DNA from: Chamaesiphon sp.
GTDB taxonomy: Bacteria; Cyanobacteriota; Cyanobacteriia; Cyanobacteriales; Chamaesiphonaceae
Assembly: GCA_965246715.1 (NCBI GenBank)
Contig: CBDFFH010000054.1
Span: 4,864-68,863 of the forward strand
Reading direction: 5' to 3'
Length of the DNA stretch: 64,000 nucleotides
Of the stretch, positions 8,681 through 19,004 are shown piece after piece (within the stretch, counting starts at the first letter, position 1; the number at the start of each line of letters is the position of its first letter). Below the pieces are notes generated by a model. That model ran no database searches and was not told where the DNA came from. It saw only the letters and a program-made list of their open reading frames with translations. The translations under genes and the position numbers were made by a program.

Positions 8681-9721
8681 CTATTTTAACGATGCCATAT
8701 CGATGACAAAACGGTATTTCACGTCGCTTTTCACCAATCGATCGTAAGCTTCATTAATTTTCTGAATGGGGATAAGTTCGATGTCAGCGGTGATGTTGTG
8801 CTGACCGCAGAAATCCAACATCTCCTGAGTTTCCTTGATACCGCCAATCAGGGAGCCGCTGAGACTGCGCCGCCCAAAAATCAGGGTACCCACATTCAGG
8901 GACAGCGGTTCAGATGGTACACCCACTTGAGTGAGATTACCGTCGCGTTTTAATAAGAGGATATAGGCGTTGATATCATGTTGGGCAGATACGGTGTCGA
9001 GAATGAAATCAAAACTCTTAAGCTGCTTTTGCATCTCGTCCGCGTTCTTAGAATTGACGACTTCATCCGCGCCCAACCGCATCGCATCTTCAACTTTGTT
9101 GGATGAGGTAGTGAAGACCACTACATGTGCGCCCAAAGCCTTGGCTATTTTCACGCCCATGTGCCCCAGCCCACCGAGTCCGACTATACCCACCTTCTGA
9201 CCTTTGGTGACATTGTGATAACGCATTGGGGAGTAAGTGGTAATCCCCGCACACAGCAACGGTGCAGTAGCAGCAAGATCCAAATTTGGCGGAACTTTCA
9301 ATACAAAGGCTTCATCCACGACGATCCGATCGGAGTAGCCACCATAGGTGATGCCGTTAGTATGTTTATCAGGAGAGTTGTAAGTAAAGACGGTATTGTC
9401 ACAGAACTGCTCGAGATCCTCTTCACAGTTGGCACAAGTGCGGCAAGAGTCTACCATGCAGCCGACTCCAACGGTGTCACCTACTCTAAATTTCTGGACG
9501 TTTGCGCCAACGGCGATTGCCCGTCCGATAATTTCATGACCGGGTACGCAGGGATAACTGGTACCGCTCCACTCGCCACGGACGGTATGCAAGTCTGAGT
9601 GACAAACCCCGCAATAGAGGATTTCGATCGAGACATCATTTTGGCCGAGATCGCGGCGTTGAAGGTCGAATGGTGCCAGTGGTGTCGTAGCAGTTTGAGC
9701 TGCGTAGGCATGAGTTTTCAT
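8681..9721 (-). CDS. zinc-dependent NAD(P) alcohol dehydrogenase (CAD/YahK-like)
   Basis: GVCHSDLH, GHEIIG and the GLGGLGH Rossmann motif. 346 aa. Confidence 0.9.
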   Translation of the reverse strand: MKTHAYAAQTATTPLAPFDLQRRDLGQNDVSIEILYCGVCHSDLHTVRGEWSGTSYPCVPGHEIIGRAIAVGANVQKFRVGDTVGVGCMVDSCRTCANCEEDLEQFCDNTVFTYNSPDKHTNGITYGGYSDRIVVDEAFVLKVPPNLDLAATAPLLCAGITTYSPMRYHNVTKGQKVGIVGLGGLGHMGVKIAKALGAHVVVFTTSSNKVEDAMRLGADEVVNSKNADEMQKQLKSFDFILDTVSAQHDINAYILLLKRDGNLTQVGVPSEPLSLNVGTLIFGRRSLSGSLIGGIKETQEMLDFCGQHNITADIELIPIQKINEAYDRLVKSDVKYRFVIDMASLK

Positions 9722-9822
9722 CGATTGTTCTCCTGATTATCTGGATGATTAACACGCAGTTAGGTGCGTCGATCGAAGCCGCAATTTATACTAGAATTAG
9801 GTGTCTGTACCAAAAAGCTCTT

Positions 9823-10080
9823 CTAGGTACTAGTAAGCAGACTGAGCTGTTCTAAAAGTTGCTGAGCGGCTGGCGCAGAAGATGCGGGGTTTTGCCCAGT
9901 GATTAGCAGACCATCTTTGAGCACGTAGGGCTGCCAGTCGGCTACATTGGAATAAAGCCCACCGTTTTGTTTTAGCATATCTTCAACCAGAAACGGGACG
10001 ATCTCAGTTAATCCGGCTGCTTGCTCCAATTTCAAAATTACCGCCAGCGATCGAGGTAATGGCGAACAACAGTGTGTTAA
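9823..10080 (-). pseudogene. DJ-1/PfpI-family (class I glutamine amidotransferase-like) C-terminal remnant
   Basis: Only the last ~70 residues are recognisable (...GLLITGQNPASSAPAAQQLLEQL). The nucleophile-elbow half is absent. The frame is closed by a stop at 10081-10083. Confidence 0.55.
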
Positions 10081-10590
10081 CTAGCTCGATCTGCTGTCGG
10101 TGTCGTGCCTGTTAGTTGCCGAAACTGTTGACTAAAATGGCTGTGACTGCTAAATCCACATGCCAAAGCAATGTCTAGAATCGTTGGGGTGGGCACTCTT
10201 CGATCGGGTTGTTTCAATAATCGCTTCGCGCGTTCGATCCGTTGTTGGAGTAGATACTGATAAGGAGCGATTGTTTGAACTAATGAATCAATATCAAAGT
10301 CTGCCGCCGAGATTATCTTGTTGCAATTCGGCTAGAAGCATCAGCCCAATCGCTTCGATCTGACGATCGCGAATCCGAAATTCAGGAATTAATTCCAAAC
10401 GATCGGGATGACGATCGAATGCTTCTGTCGCAACTTGTTGGATAAATCGATCTGCAATCCGAATTTGCATGAAGCGATCTTCACGATCCTACCGGGCAAA
10501 AAACATCGCCGCAGCAGGCGCGATCGCAATGTCACCCTTTCCATACAGCCCTGTATAAGTTTTACCTTTAGCGAGGCAAGAGACTTTTAC
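10077..10590 (-). pseudogene. AraC-family transcriptional regulator remnant
   Basis: Minus-strand reading gives ...PYQYLLQQRIERAKRLLKQPDRRVPTPTILDIALACGFSSHSHFSQQFRQLTGTTPTADRAS* (second AraC HTH). Upstream pieces (GDIAIAPAAAMFFAR*DREDRFMQIRIADRFIQQV...LLAELQQDNLGGRL*) contain an in-frame stop and a frameshift, and the first HTH is missing. Confidence 0.65.
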
Positions 10591-10656
10591 CTAATCTGAA
10601 GGGAAATGAATCAATTACGAGAAACATGGTGCTAATTTTAGTCTTTTGGAGGCTTT

Positions 10657-11136
10657 ATGACGGTCAATAATTATCTATTTTTTACATTAAAACTTTTTGC
10701 TGCATTGGGCTGTGGGCTGATAGCTGGAGTTTTCTTTGCCTTTTCAACTTTTGTGATGAAAGCACTTGCCCAGCAACCACCAGCACAGGGCATTGCCACC
10801 ATGCAATCGATTAATATTACGGTGATTAATCCGTTGTTTATGGGCGTATTCCTGGGAACTACGGTGGTTTGTGTTTTATCGATCGTCTACTCACTATCAC
10901 ATTGGCAACAACCCGATGCTATTTACCTGCTGGTTGGCAGCTTACTCTATCTCATCGGCACATTCGGCGTGACAATCGCATTCAATGTACCGTTAAATGA
11001 CTCGCTGGCAAAGGTTGCTCCACATAGCTCTGATGGTATGAAACTTTGGGCTACATACCAAGTCAGTTGGACATTCTGGAATCACGTTCGGACGGCAGCA
11101 GCAATTGCCGCAGCCGCGATATTTATTTCGAGATAG
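10657..11136 (+). CDS. DUF1772 (anthrone-oxygenase-like) membrane protein
   Basis: 159 aa with four TM helices. N-terminal LIAGVFFAFSTFVM pattern typical of DUF1772. Confidence 0.7.
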   Translation: MTVNNYLFFTLKLFAALGCGLIAGVFFAFSTFVMKALAQQPPAQGIATMQSINITVINPLFMGVFLGTTVVCVLSIVYSLSHWQQPDAIYLLVGSLLYLIGTFGVTIAFNVPLNDSLAKVAPHSSDGMKLWATYQVSWTFWNHVRTAAAIAAAAIFISR

Positions 11137-11291
11137 CTGATTTCCCGAACATTAGTCTCATCCTTTTTGGAGATGAGCGTCCGATCGTCTGAGTTGTTAG
11201 CTTGGCTAACAATGTTAATTAGTATCGCGATCGGGCTTAATGGCGGCAGCGTTATCGGATGTCTAGCAATACTGCACTCGATCGCATTATG

Positions 11292-12185
11292 CTATTTTTC
11301 CTGAAGCAGTGGTAAAAATTTCTGAATTAAACCGATCGAGATCGCCGGAAGTTCTAGGTGGGGTGTTAGTCTGGTGTCATCGAGGTATTCAAAGGCGCGA
11401 ATTGCAGTGGGATTAATTTGGGCAAAGCGTCGCCCTAGCTCTGGACTGGTATACTCGGTTTTCTGCCCATAAATCAGCGCGGTTGGGGTAGTCAGCTGAG
11501 GAATATACTGCGCTAAATCGAAACTCAAATCGCCCCGGACAAATGCCAGTGCTGCGTATTCCGCGTTAGGTTGCTGTGCCGATTGGAGGTAAGCTTCGAC
11601 AATTTCGGGATACACGCGATCGCTGCTGGCAAACTGCCGTTGCTCCAGAAAACTACGAATGCCAATGCTAGTGGCAATCCCAGTGCTGTAAAAGACGCGA
11701 TCTAAAATCGGCGTTCTTACCACCTGAGCAAAGAAGTCTTGCGAATAGTTGCGTCCGAAATCATTTAATCCGGCAGCAGTTACTAAAATTAATGACTCGA
11801 ACAGATCGGGACGTGCCACCGCCGCCCGAATCGTAAATGCCGCAGTTAAGCCAGATGCGACGATCGTGACGGGACGATCGCTAGTTTGCTTGACAAATTC
11901 CTCGATCGTTTGCACATAGTCTTCAACTCGGTAATCGCGTGCGGGATGCGCGGAACGTCCCCAGCCAATGAGATCGGGAGCCAGGATACGATATTCAGAA
12001 GCAAACGCGGGGTAAACTTTCGACCACTCATAAGCAGAGGATCCGCCACCTAAAGCGTGGAGAAATATTAGCGTCTTTGCTTCTTCACCGAGCCGCTCCC
12101 AAGGGTTGCTTTCGGCTGTGTAGTAAACGACTCGACCTAGAGATGTATTCAGCGATCGCGAACCGAAACCGTGCGGTATGAACAT
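11292..12185 (-). CDS. alpha/beta-fold hydrolase
   Basis: HALGGGSS oxyanion region, and TIVASGLTAA at the position of the nucleophile-elbow motif. Length 297 aa. Confidence 0.8.
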   Translation of the reverse strand: MFIPHGFGSRSLNTSLGRVVYYTAESNPWERLGEEAKTLIFLHALGGGSSAYEWSKVYPAFASEYRILAPDLIGWGRSAHPARDYRVEDYVQTIEEFVKQTSDRPVTIVASGLTAAFTIRAAVARPDLFESLILVTAAGLNDFGRNYSQDFFAQVVRTPILDRVFYSTGIATSIGIRSFLEQRQFASSDRVYPEIVEAYLQSAQQPNAEYAALAFVRGDLSFDLAQYIPQLTTPTALIYGQKTEYTSPELGRRFAQINPTAIRAFEYLDDTRLTPHLELPAISIGLIQKFLPLLQEK

Positions 12186-12494
12186 GTGTTTAACCTCTAC
12201 TTGTAAGTACTTTCAAGCGATGCGTTAGTCCGAAACCTTTGCCTCGCGATCTTCCCAGCGAGCGATGTCCCAGTTGTTCGAGAGTGGGTAGATCCTTGCT
12301 CGATCGCACAACCTACTTTTGAGCTTAGGTGAATGTCCTGCAAATATTGCTCTTCCAGGAGAGGGATATTTTCAGCGCACCAAGTTCTTTAACTTTGCAA
12401 GCATTATCTATCCAGTTACCACCTGAATCCTCTAGCCACCAATCCCATTGCCAAGTAGAATATCGATCGAGCACCATATCGCAAGGCAACTACC

Positions 12495-13583
12495 ATGAGT
12501 CAAACCCACCGGATCGTCCTATTACCTGGAGATGGTATCGGCCCTGAAATCATGGCAGTAGCGGTAGAAGTGCTAGAAGTTGTCGCCAAACAAGAACAGC
12601 TCAACTTAGAATTTCAGACTCAATTAATCGGCGGTGCCGCGATCGAAGCAACAGGCGAACCATTACCCGCAGCTACTTTAGACGCTTGCAAACAAAGCGA
12701 TGGCGTGCTGCTGGCCGCGATCGGTGGTTATCAATGGGACAACTTGCCCCGACACTTGCGCCCCGAGACAGGCTTGTTGGGATTGAGAGCGGGTTTGGGT
12801 TTATTTGCGAATTTACGACCTGCAGCAGTTTTACCTCAGCTTGTCGATGCTTCTACCCTCAAGCGGGAAGTAATTGAAGGGGTGGATATGATGGTGGTGA
12901 GGGAATTGACGGGCGGCGTATATTTTGGCGAACCTAAAGGAATTTTCACCACCGAGACGGGCGAAAAACGGGGTGTGAATACGATGGCATATACCGAAAG
13001 CGAGATCGATCGCATTGCCAAAGTTGGTTTTGAAACCGCCCGCAAACGCACCAAAAAGCTCTGCTCGGTAGATAAAGCCAATGTGCTGGAAGTCTCACAA
13101 TTATGGCGCGATCGAGTTACCGCCATGTCTACAGACTATCCCGATATCGAACTCACCCATATGTATGTCGATAATGCGGCGATGCAGTTAGTGCGCGCAC
13201 CCAAGCAATTTGACACGATCGTCACTAGCAACTTATTTGGGGATATTCTCTCCGATGCTGCTGCGATGCTCACAGGTAGTATCGGCATGTTACCATCGGC
13301 GAGTTTGGGTGCTACTGGCTTGGGCGTATTCGAGCCAGTTCATGGCTCTGCTCCCGATATTGCCGGACAAGATAAAGCCAATCCATTGGCTCAGGTGCTG
13401 AGTGCGGCGATGTTATTGCGCTATGGATTAAACCAGCCAACTGCTGCCGATCGAATCGAACGCTCGGTCTTGAAAATTTTGGATCTGGGTTACAGAACTG
13501 GTGATATTATGTCAGCAGGTATGACAGCTGTTGGCTGTCGTGCGATGGGTCGAGTCATCATCGAAGCTCTAGCACAACTGTAA
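12495..13583 (+). CDS. leuB: 3-isopropylmalate dehydrogenase
   Basis: [14 protein letters not shown]-terminus, NLFGDILSD motif. 362 aa. Confidence 0.95.
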   Translation: MSQTHRIVLLPGDGIGPEIMAVAVEVLEVVAKQEQLNLEFQTQLIGGAAIEATGEPLPAATLDACKQSDGVLLAAIGGYQWDNLPRHLRPETGLLGLRAGLGLFANLRPAAVLPQLVDASTLKREVIEGVDMMVVRELTGGVYFGEPKGIFTTETGEKRGVNTMAYTESEIDRIAKVGFETARKRTKKLCSVDKANVLEVSQLWRDRVTAMSTDYPDIELTHMYVDNAAMQLVRAPKQFDTIVTSNLFGDILSDAAAMLTGSIGMLPSASLGATGLGVFEPVHGSAPDIAGQDKANPLAQVLSAAMLLRYGLNQPTAADRIERSVLKILDLGYRTGDIMSAGMTAVGCRAMGRVIIEALAQL

Positions 13584-13717
13584 TATGCTTGGCGGTAGTT
13601 GCCGATCGCTAAATAGTGTTAGTTCGATCGAATCTGGCGATGCTCGACCCGAACGAACTTATCTCGTTATATTTAGGCAAGGCAACCCGATTTCTATAAA
13701 AATCTTTAACAATAATT

Positions 13718-14005
13718 TTGGGAATAAGTACCGTGTTTACGATCGAGCAGCCCAAAGCTAAAGCTATGCCAATGCCCCAGCAAGATTCCTACGGAATATT
13801 CGATCCAGCTCTCCTTAGAGCGGCAGAAGATATTTATAGTTTCTATTGTCAGATTAACCCCGATCGCGAACGTCGCAGACAACCGATCGGGGTAGCGATG
13901 AACAAGCGCTCTCATCGCGGCAAATTAATTTTTAGCAGTTATCCGATTCTGCTCCCGGAAGAGTGTTTTATCTCGATCCAACAATTGGATACCGAGTTTA
14001 ATTAG
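13718..14005 (+). CDS. hypothetical protein (start uncertain)
   Basis: ORF only. No recognisable domain. Confidence 0.3.
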   Translation: MGISTVFTIEQPKAKAMPMPQQDSYGIFDPALLRAAEDIYSFYCQINPDRERRRQPIGVAMNKRSHRGKLIFSSYPILLPEECFISIQQLDTEFN

Positions 14006-14021
14006 TGTTAATCCTGATAAA

Positions 14022-14200
14022 TAACCCAAGTTGCTACCTACCTCAAAGCGGTTAAAACCGCTCCTCGTAATGCAAAGTCCGCCTACGCGGACTTTGCAAC
14101 ATTAGCCACGATTTGCGGCTCGCGCGCGCCTTTGTTCCCCGACGTAAAAAGCGAGACAAGACACAATCGTAGGCATTTCCATCGGTAGCAACTTGGGTTA
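14022..14200. repeat. MITE, family with TAACCCAAGTTGCTAC terminal inverted repeats (copy A)
   Basis: TAACCCAAGTTGCTACC (14022-14038) and GGTAGCAACTTGGGTTA (14184-14200). Internal hairpin GCAAAGTCCGCCTACGCGGACTTTGC. Confidence 0.85.
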
Positions 14201-14290
14201 AATAGCTATCTAGACAATAGTGACTGGTGAATGGGGAATTATAGATTTAAGTTCTCTAAGTCCATCGCCGCAGGTAGATAATTTTAGCAA

Positions 14291-15220
14291 GTGAATATTT
14301 ACGACGCAATCGTTCAATCGCTCGTATTTTGTGTGGGTGCCGCGATCGGTAGCTTCCTGAATGTAGTAGTTTATCGCGTTCCGGCAGGTCTATCGGTAAT
14401 TTGGCCGCCATCGCGCTGTCCCAAATGTTTGCATCAATTAGGTGCGGGTGAAAATATCCCGATTTTGGGCTGGCTCATGCTACGCGGGAAATGCCGTCAC
14501 TGCAAAACGCCGATTGCCGCGCGTTATCCATTAGTCGAAGCGGCGACGGCGATAATTTTTGTGATTGTTTATAATCGCTTCGGTTTTTCGATCCAGACAG
14601 TAGGTTATTCGTTACTAATGTGTTGGTTATTTGCCCTCACGCTAATCGATATCGATACGATGACATTGCCCAATCCCCTCACCCAATCGGGATTGATATT
14701 AGGTCTAATTTTTCAAGCTATTGCTGGATCGATCGACAATCATACACTGCTGGGCAGTAAGGAATACCTGATTCAAGGCGTATTCGGTATGTTGGTAGGG
14801 ATCTGGCTCTATGATGCGATCCAACTCGTCGGTAGCATGATGGTGGGGCAATCGGCACAAGGCGGCGGCGATGCCAAGTTGATGGCGATGATTGGTGCCT
14901 GGTTTAACTGGAAATTCGTCTTGCTCTCAGGCATTGCCGCATCTACCTTTGCGTTACTTGGCTTCCTCGCGGTTGCTGCTGGTTCGATTGTCAAGGGTGG
15001 GGGTATTAAAGGTGGGTCGAACAAACTCCTGCAACGTCAACCATTGGGGCCATTTATCGCCCTTGGTGCCACTGTCATGCTATTTGGTGAAGATTTGTTC
15101 GTCAATACTTATCAACAATTTATGCATTCGTCTTACCGCGACCCTTGTTCGATCGCTTTACTAATTATTCTCGTCGCACTCTTATTCTGGACGCGGAGAA
15201 TGCGCCTTCGCAGTTCGTAA
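14291..15220 (+). CDS. pilD: prepilin peptidase / N-methyltransferase (A24 family)
   Basis: CPKC...CRHC zinc motif, RYPLVE, GGGDAKLMAMIGAW aspartyl-protease motif. GTG start. Confidence 0.9.
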   Translation: MNIYDAIVQSLVFCVGAAIGSFLNVVVYRVPAGLSVIWPPSRCPKCLHQLGAGENIPILGWLMLRGKCRHCKTPIAARYPLVEAATAIIFVIVYNRFGFSIQTVGYSLLMCWLFALTLIDIDTMTLPNPLTQSGLILGLIFQAIAGSIDNHTLLGSKEYLIQGVFGMLVGIWLYDAIQLVGSMMVGQSAQGGGDAKLMAMIGAWFNWKFVLLSGIAASTFALLGFLAVAAGSIVKGGGIKGGSNKLLQRQPLGPFIALGATVMLFGEDLFVNTYQQFMHSSYRDPCSIALLIILVALLFWTRRMRLRSS

Positions 15221-15383
15221 CTAAAAGAGAGCGTTGCTTCTTAAGTGCGGTATGAAATGCCGCCAAATGTAGGGAGATACTGTCTTGAGCGTCAAGAGGG
15301 AAGAGCAAGAAAATTCGGGTCAAAAGGTTGTTGAGATTTCAGCACCGTTAGATTTTACTCTTTGACCTTCCTTTAGGATACAA

Positions 15384-15629
15384 GGGGCAATGTCTTGTCT
15401 CGCTGCTTGGTGCGCTTCCATGGACATCGTCTCGGGTCACCCGAGACGTGGAAACCCGTCCGGAGCGCATCCGCTTTTTACGTCGGGGAACAAAGGCGTG
15501 CGCGAGCCGCTGTCTTGTCGGTTTTTTTATGCGGAGGGCACCTCGAATAAAAAAACCGCTTCATGAATTGCCCCTATCCAGGATCGGAACGAGGGCAGAT
15601 TTGCATATTATTAAATCCTCATTCCTAAG
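15384..15629. repeat. Dispersed intergenic repeat, copy 2 (as 8415-8590 with a ~70-nt internal insertion)
   Basis: Alignable by eye with copy 1 at both ends. The extra segment CTGCTTGGTGCGCTTCC...GTCTCGGGTCACCCGAGAC...GCGCATCCG carries its own hairpin. The 3' end overlaps the usp stop codon. Confidence 0.8.
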
Positions 15630-16029
15630 GCACGATTAATACCGGACAAGGGGAGAGATTGATGACTCGGCTTGCTACACTGTCGGCAGGATGTTCGAGA
15701 TCGCCTCTACTGCCCATCACGATGAGATCGACATCGAGTTCGTCAGCAACATCGCAGATCGTAAAAGCGGGCTTTCCTTCCCGCTGCAAGATATCCGCTT
15801 GGATGCCGCGCTTGGCAAACAGCTCCTGCGCCGAATGTAACAATCGATCGATCGCATCCGGAGATTGCATGACCGGATCGTCCAAAACCTCAGCATCGAG
15901 ATCTGGAGTCTCGATCACCGACAATAAAGTTAACTTGCTTTGATACTTTTGCACTAGATCGATCGCCACAGCGATCGCCTCTTGAGCTTCGCGGCTGCGA
16001 TCGAGCGGAAATAGGATTTTGTTAAACAT
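15625..16029 (-). CDS. universal stress protein family protein
   Basis: MFNKILFPLDRS...DLIVMGSRG...PCPVLIV pattern. 134 aa. Confidence 0.85.
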   Translation of the reverse strand: MFNKILFPLDRSREAQEAIAVAIDLVQKYQSKLTLLSVIETPDLDAEVLDDPVMQSPDAIDRLLHSAQELFAKRGIQADILQREGKPAFTICDVADELDVDLIVMGSRGDLEHPADSVASRVINLSPCPVLIVP

Positions 16030-16353
16030 ATACTGAGGCTAAATAATCCTGGGGTTTATCCTCTTACCACCCCATTTTCGATCCCTAACCTCAACTCTAA
16101 TCAGATTAGTAACAAATCTACACGAGTTTTCCGGTAGAATTGAGTACAGCAAGGCTAAATGTTGTGTTGACTACAGTTTAAAGATCGGTATTAATACTAA
16201 TTTTCTCGGTTTTATCGCGATTTCATCACGATCGCAAGATATCCTAGTAGCGACTGACTAGTGAAGGAAAAATCGTGTTTCACTAATGCGACAAACGCGA
16301 TCGATATTAGCTAACAACAAATAATCAAAATCGTTTTTTAAGGAGTTTAACAA

Positions 16354-17556
16354 GTGTCTAAGAAGTCCATTGCCAGTTTATCTGCTGCCGACCTTACTGG
16401 AAAGCGCGTATTAGTTCGCGCAGATTTTAACGTTCCTGTAGATGATGCTGGCAACATCACCGATGATACGCGGATTCGTGCAGCTTTACCCACCATCAAC
16501 GATCTGACTGGGAAAGGCGCTAAAGTTATCCTGTGCAGTCACTTCGGTCGTCCCAAAGGTGTCGATGAGAAATTACGTTTGACTCCCGTTGCCAAGCGGT
16601 TGTCGGAGCTATTAGGACAAGAAGTGGTCAAATGCAATGACTGTATCGGCGATGAAGTCGCTGGTAAAATCGGCGCAATGACCAATGGACAAGTTGCTCT
16701 GTTAGAAAACGTCCGCTTTTATCCAGAAGAAGAGAAAAACGATCCTGAATTTGCGAAGAAATTAGCAGCTAATGCTGACTTATACGTCAATGACGCATTT
16801 GGTACCGCTCACCGCGCCCACGCCTCCACCGAAGGCGTAACTAAATACCTGAGTCCATCAGTTGCTGGTTACTTGATCGAGAAAGAATTGGAGTATCTCC
16901 AAAACGCGATCGAAAAACCCCAAGCACCTCTAGCTGCGATCGTTGGTGGTTCTAAAGTTTCCAGTAAAATTGGCGTAATCGAAACTTTACTCGACAAATG
17001 CGATAAGTTATTCCTCGGTGGCGGGATGATTTTTACCTTCTACAAAGCGCGCGGCTTGAATGTTGGTAAATCTCTAGTTGAAGAAGATAAATTAGATTTA
17101 GCCCGCGCCCTCGAAGCCAAAGCTAAAGCAAATGGAGTCGAACTCTTATTACCTACCGATGTAGTAGTAGCTGACAATTTCTCGCCAGATGCTAATTCCC
17201 AAATCGTCGATATTAACAATATCCCTGATGGATGGATGGGTTTAGATATCGGCCCCGATTCACTGAAAGTTTTTCAAGCTGCTTTAGCTGATTGCAAAAC
17301 TGTCATCTGGAATGGCCCGATGGGTGTATTTGAGTTCGACAAATTCGCTGCTGGTACTGAAGGGATCGCGCACACGCTGGCCGACATCTCCAAAACTGGT
17401 GCGATCACGATTATCGGTGGTGGCGACTCAGTTGCGGCAGTCGAAAAAGTCGGTCTTGCCGAACAGATGAGTCACATTTCCACAGGTGGTGGTGCTTCCC
17501 TAGAATTACTAGAAGGCAAAGTTCTTCCTGGTATCGCTGCGTTGGACGAAGCGTAA
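16354..17556 (+). CDS. pgk: phosphoglycerate kinase
   Basis: [20 protein letters not shown] motifs. GTG start preceded by AAGGAG. Confidence 0.97.
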   Translation: MSKKSIASLSAADLTGKRVLVRADFNVPVDDAGNITDDTRIRAALPTINDLTGKGAKVILCSHFGRPKGVDEKLRLTPVAKRLSELLGQEVVKCNDCIGDEVAGKIGAMTNGQVALLENVRFYPEEEKNDPEFAKKLAANADLYVNDAFGTAHRAHASTEGVTKYLSPSVAGYLIEKELEYLQNAIEKPQAPLAAIVGGSKVSSKIGVIETLLDKCDKLFLGGGMIFTFYKARGLNVGKSLVEEDKLDLARALEAKAKANGVELLLPTDVVVADNFSPDANSQIVDINNIPDGWMGLDIGPDSLKVFQAALADCKTVIWNGPMGVFEFDKFAAGTEGIAHTLADISKTGAITIIGGGDSVAAVEKVGLAEQMSHISTGGGASLELLEGKVLPGIAALDEA

Positions 17557-17586
17557 ATCGGCAATGTAGTTTAAAGGCGATTTGTG

Positions 17587-17609
17587 TAGGGTGGATAATG
17601 CCCACCCTA
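17587..17609 (+). terminator. GGTGG/CCACC-type hairpin 3' of pgk (weak terminator candidate)
   Basis: TAGGGTGG-ATAATGC-CCACCCTA, 31 nt after the pgk stop. A second related hairpin lies at 17697-17713, with a T7 run at 17726-17732. Confidence 0.35.
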
Positions 17610-17745
17610 ACAATTTGAGCTAGTTAGCAAAAGCTAGATCGATCGACTTAAAACAAACAATATTAATCTAAAGCAAAATCGGAATCTAATCTAAATGGTG
17701 GGTATTACCCACCCCATATTACACATTTTTTTATTTTATTAGTCG

Positions 17746-17780
17746 TTATAAATTGTGGATTATAAATTCACAATTTATAA
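17746..17780. promoter_or_regulatory. 12-bp perfect inverted repeat, 16 nt upstream of the plsC start
   Basis: TTATAAATTGTG (17746-17757), 11-nt spacer, CACAATTTATAA (17769-17780). Confidence 0.3.
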
Positions 17781-17795
17781 TTCATAATTTCTACC

Positions 17796-18434
17796 ATGTC
17801 TAGAGACCGCGAACCATTTATTAATTTAGTTTTATATCACGCTTTTAAACAACCGTTTATCAATCCATTTTTTTATGGGTATTTGCGGGGAAGAGTTATC
17901 GGTACCGAATATATTCCACGCAAAGGTGGATTTATCGTTGTCAGCAATCATGGCAGCAACTTTGACCCACCATTACTATCTGGAGCGATACAACGTCCGG
18001 TAGCATATATGGCCAAAGAAGAACTATTTGAAGTGCCAGTATTGAAACAAGCGATCGAATTATACGGGGCCTATCCAGTCAAACGCGGCGCTGTCGATCG
18101 AACTACAATTAGAGCAGCGTTAGCGTATCTAGAAAAAGGCTGGGGTGTGGGATTGTTTATCTCCGGTACTCGTACTCCCGATGGTAGAGTCGCAGATCCG
18201 AAGCCAGGAGCAGCGCTAATTGCGGCTAAAGCTCAAGTACCGATTCTTCCGGTCTGTTTGTGGGGCAATCATCTCATCGAACGAGAAGGTAAAAAATTAC
18301 CCCAATCTACGCCTGTTACGATTAGAATTGGGAAATTAATCGAGTCACCAGCTTCGACAAAACGGGGCGAACTCGATCGAGTTACGGATATTTGTACTAC
18401 AGCCATCAATCAACTCCACGATCTAGGCAGATAG
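17796..18434 (+). CDS. plsC: 1-acyl-sn-glycerol-3-phosphate acyltransferase
   Basis: NHGSNFD (HX4D) and FISGTR-type motifs. 212 aa. Confidence 0.85.
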   Translation: MSRDREPFINLVLYHAFKQPFINPFFYGYLRGRVIGTEYIPRKGGFIVVSNHGSNFDPPLLSGAIQRPVAYMAKEELFEVPVLKQAIELYGAYPVKRGAVDRTTIRAALAYLEKGWGVGLFISGTRTPDGRVADPKPGAALIAAKAQVPILPVCLWGNHLIEREGKKLPQSTPVTIRIGKLIESPASTKRGELDRVTDICTTAINQLHDLGR

Positions 18435-18652
18435 TTAATTTCATCTACTAGAGCTAGCATACCCGTAAATCGTAGAGAGAAGCGAAGTTGTTAAATCCCC
18501 CTTTACAAGGGGTAATTTCGGGCACTTAGCCCTCTTTTTAAGGTAGGTTGGAGGATTGAGATCTTGAGTCGAAGTCTAATAAATGTATAATGTTGTTTCC
18601 CAAAAAGAAAAACCACATTCAACCTCTCGCATGAGGGGAAAAATATAGAAAA

Positions 18653-18946
18653 ATGGAAGATATTCGATCTCAATTGGCTGAAATTATTGACGAAGCCGAA
18701 TTAGAATGGTTGAAACCACACATCCAAAAAGATGCAGTAATCATCGTCGATCCCGAACTCGATCTTCTCGATGTGGGTGTGGCAATTGCCAGTGACAATA
18801 CCCAATCGGTTCAACATTGGATCGGCGAACAACTTTTGGTCAAACCATCGCCAGAAATCCTCAATCGTTGGAATGCAAATCCCGATCGTAAGTTTCAAGC
18901 AATCATCATTCAGCCGTATATTTTAGTCAAAGAAATGGCCGCATAG
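18653..18946 (+). CDS. DUF2288-like conserved protein
   Basis: 97-aa ORF resembling the DUF2288 family as I remember it. Confidence 0.5.
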   Translation: MEDIRSQLAEIIDEAELEWLKPHIQKDAVIIVDPELDLLDVGVAIASDNTQSVQHWIGEQLLVKPSPEILNRWNANPDRKFQAIIIQPYILVKEMAA

Positions 18947-19004
18947 ATATTATAGAGATAATCGGCTGGTACCGATGCCAAATTATCTCTATTACCAATA
19001 TTTT

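Noticed and set aside
14060-14100. AAAGTCCG-containing hairpins, considered as RNase P RNA fragments or CRISPR repeats
   Set aside because: The motif is the palindromic core of the MITE family. There are no regularly spaced repeats with unique spacers, no cas genes, and no further RNase P conserved regions.
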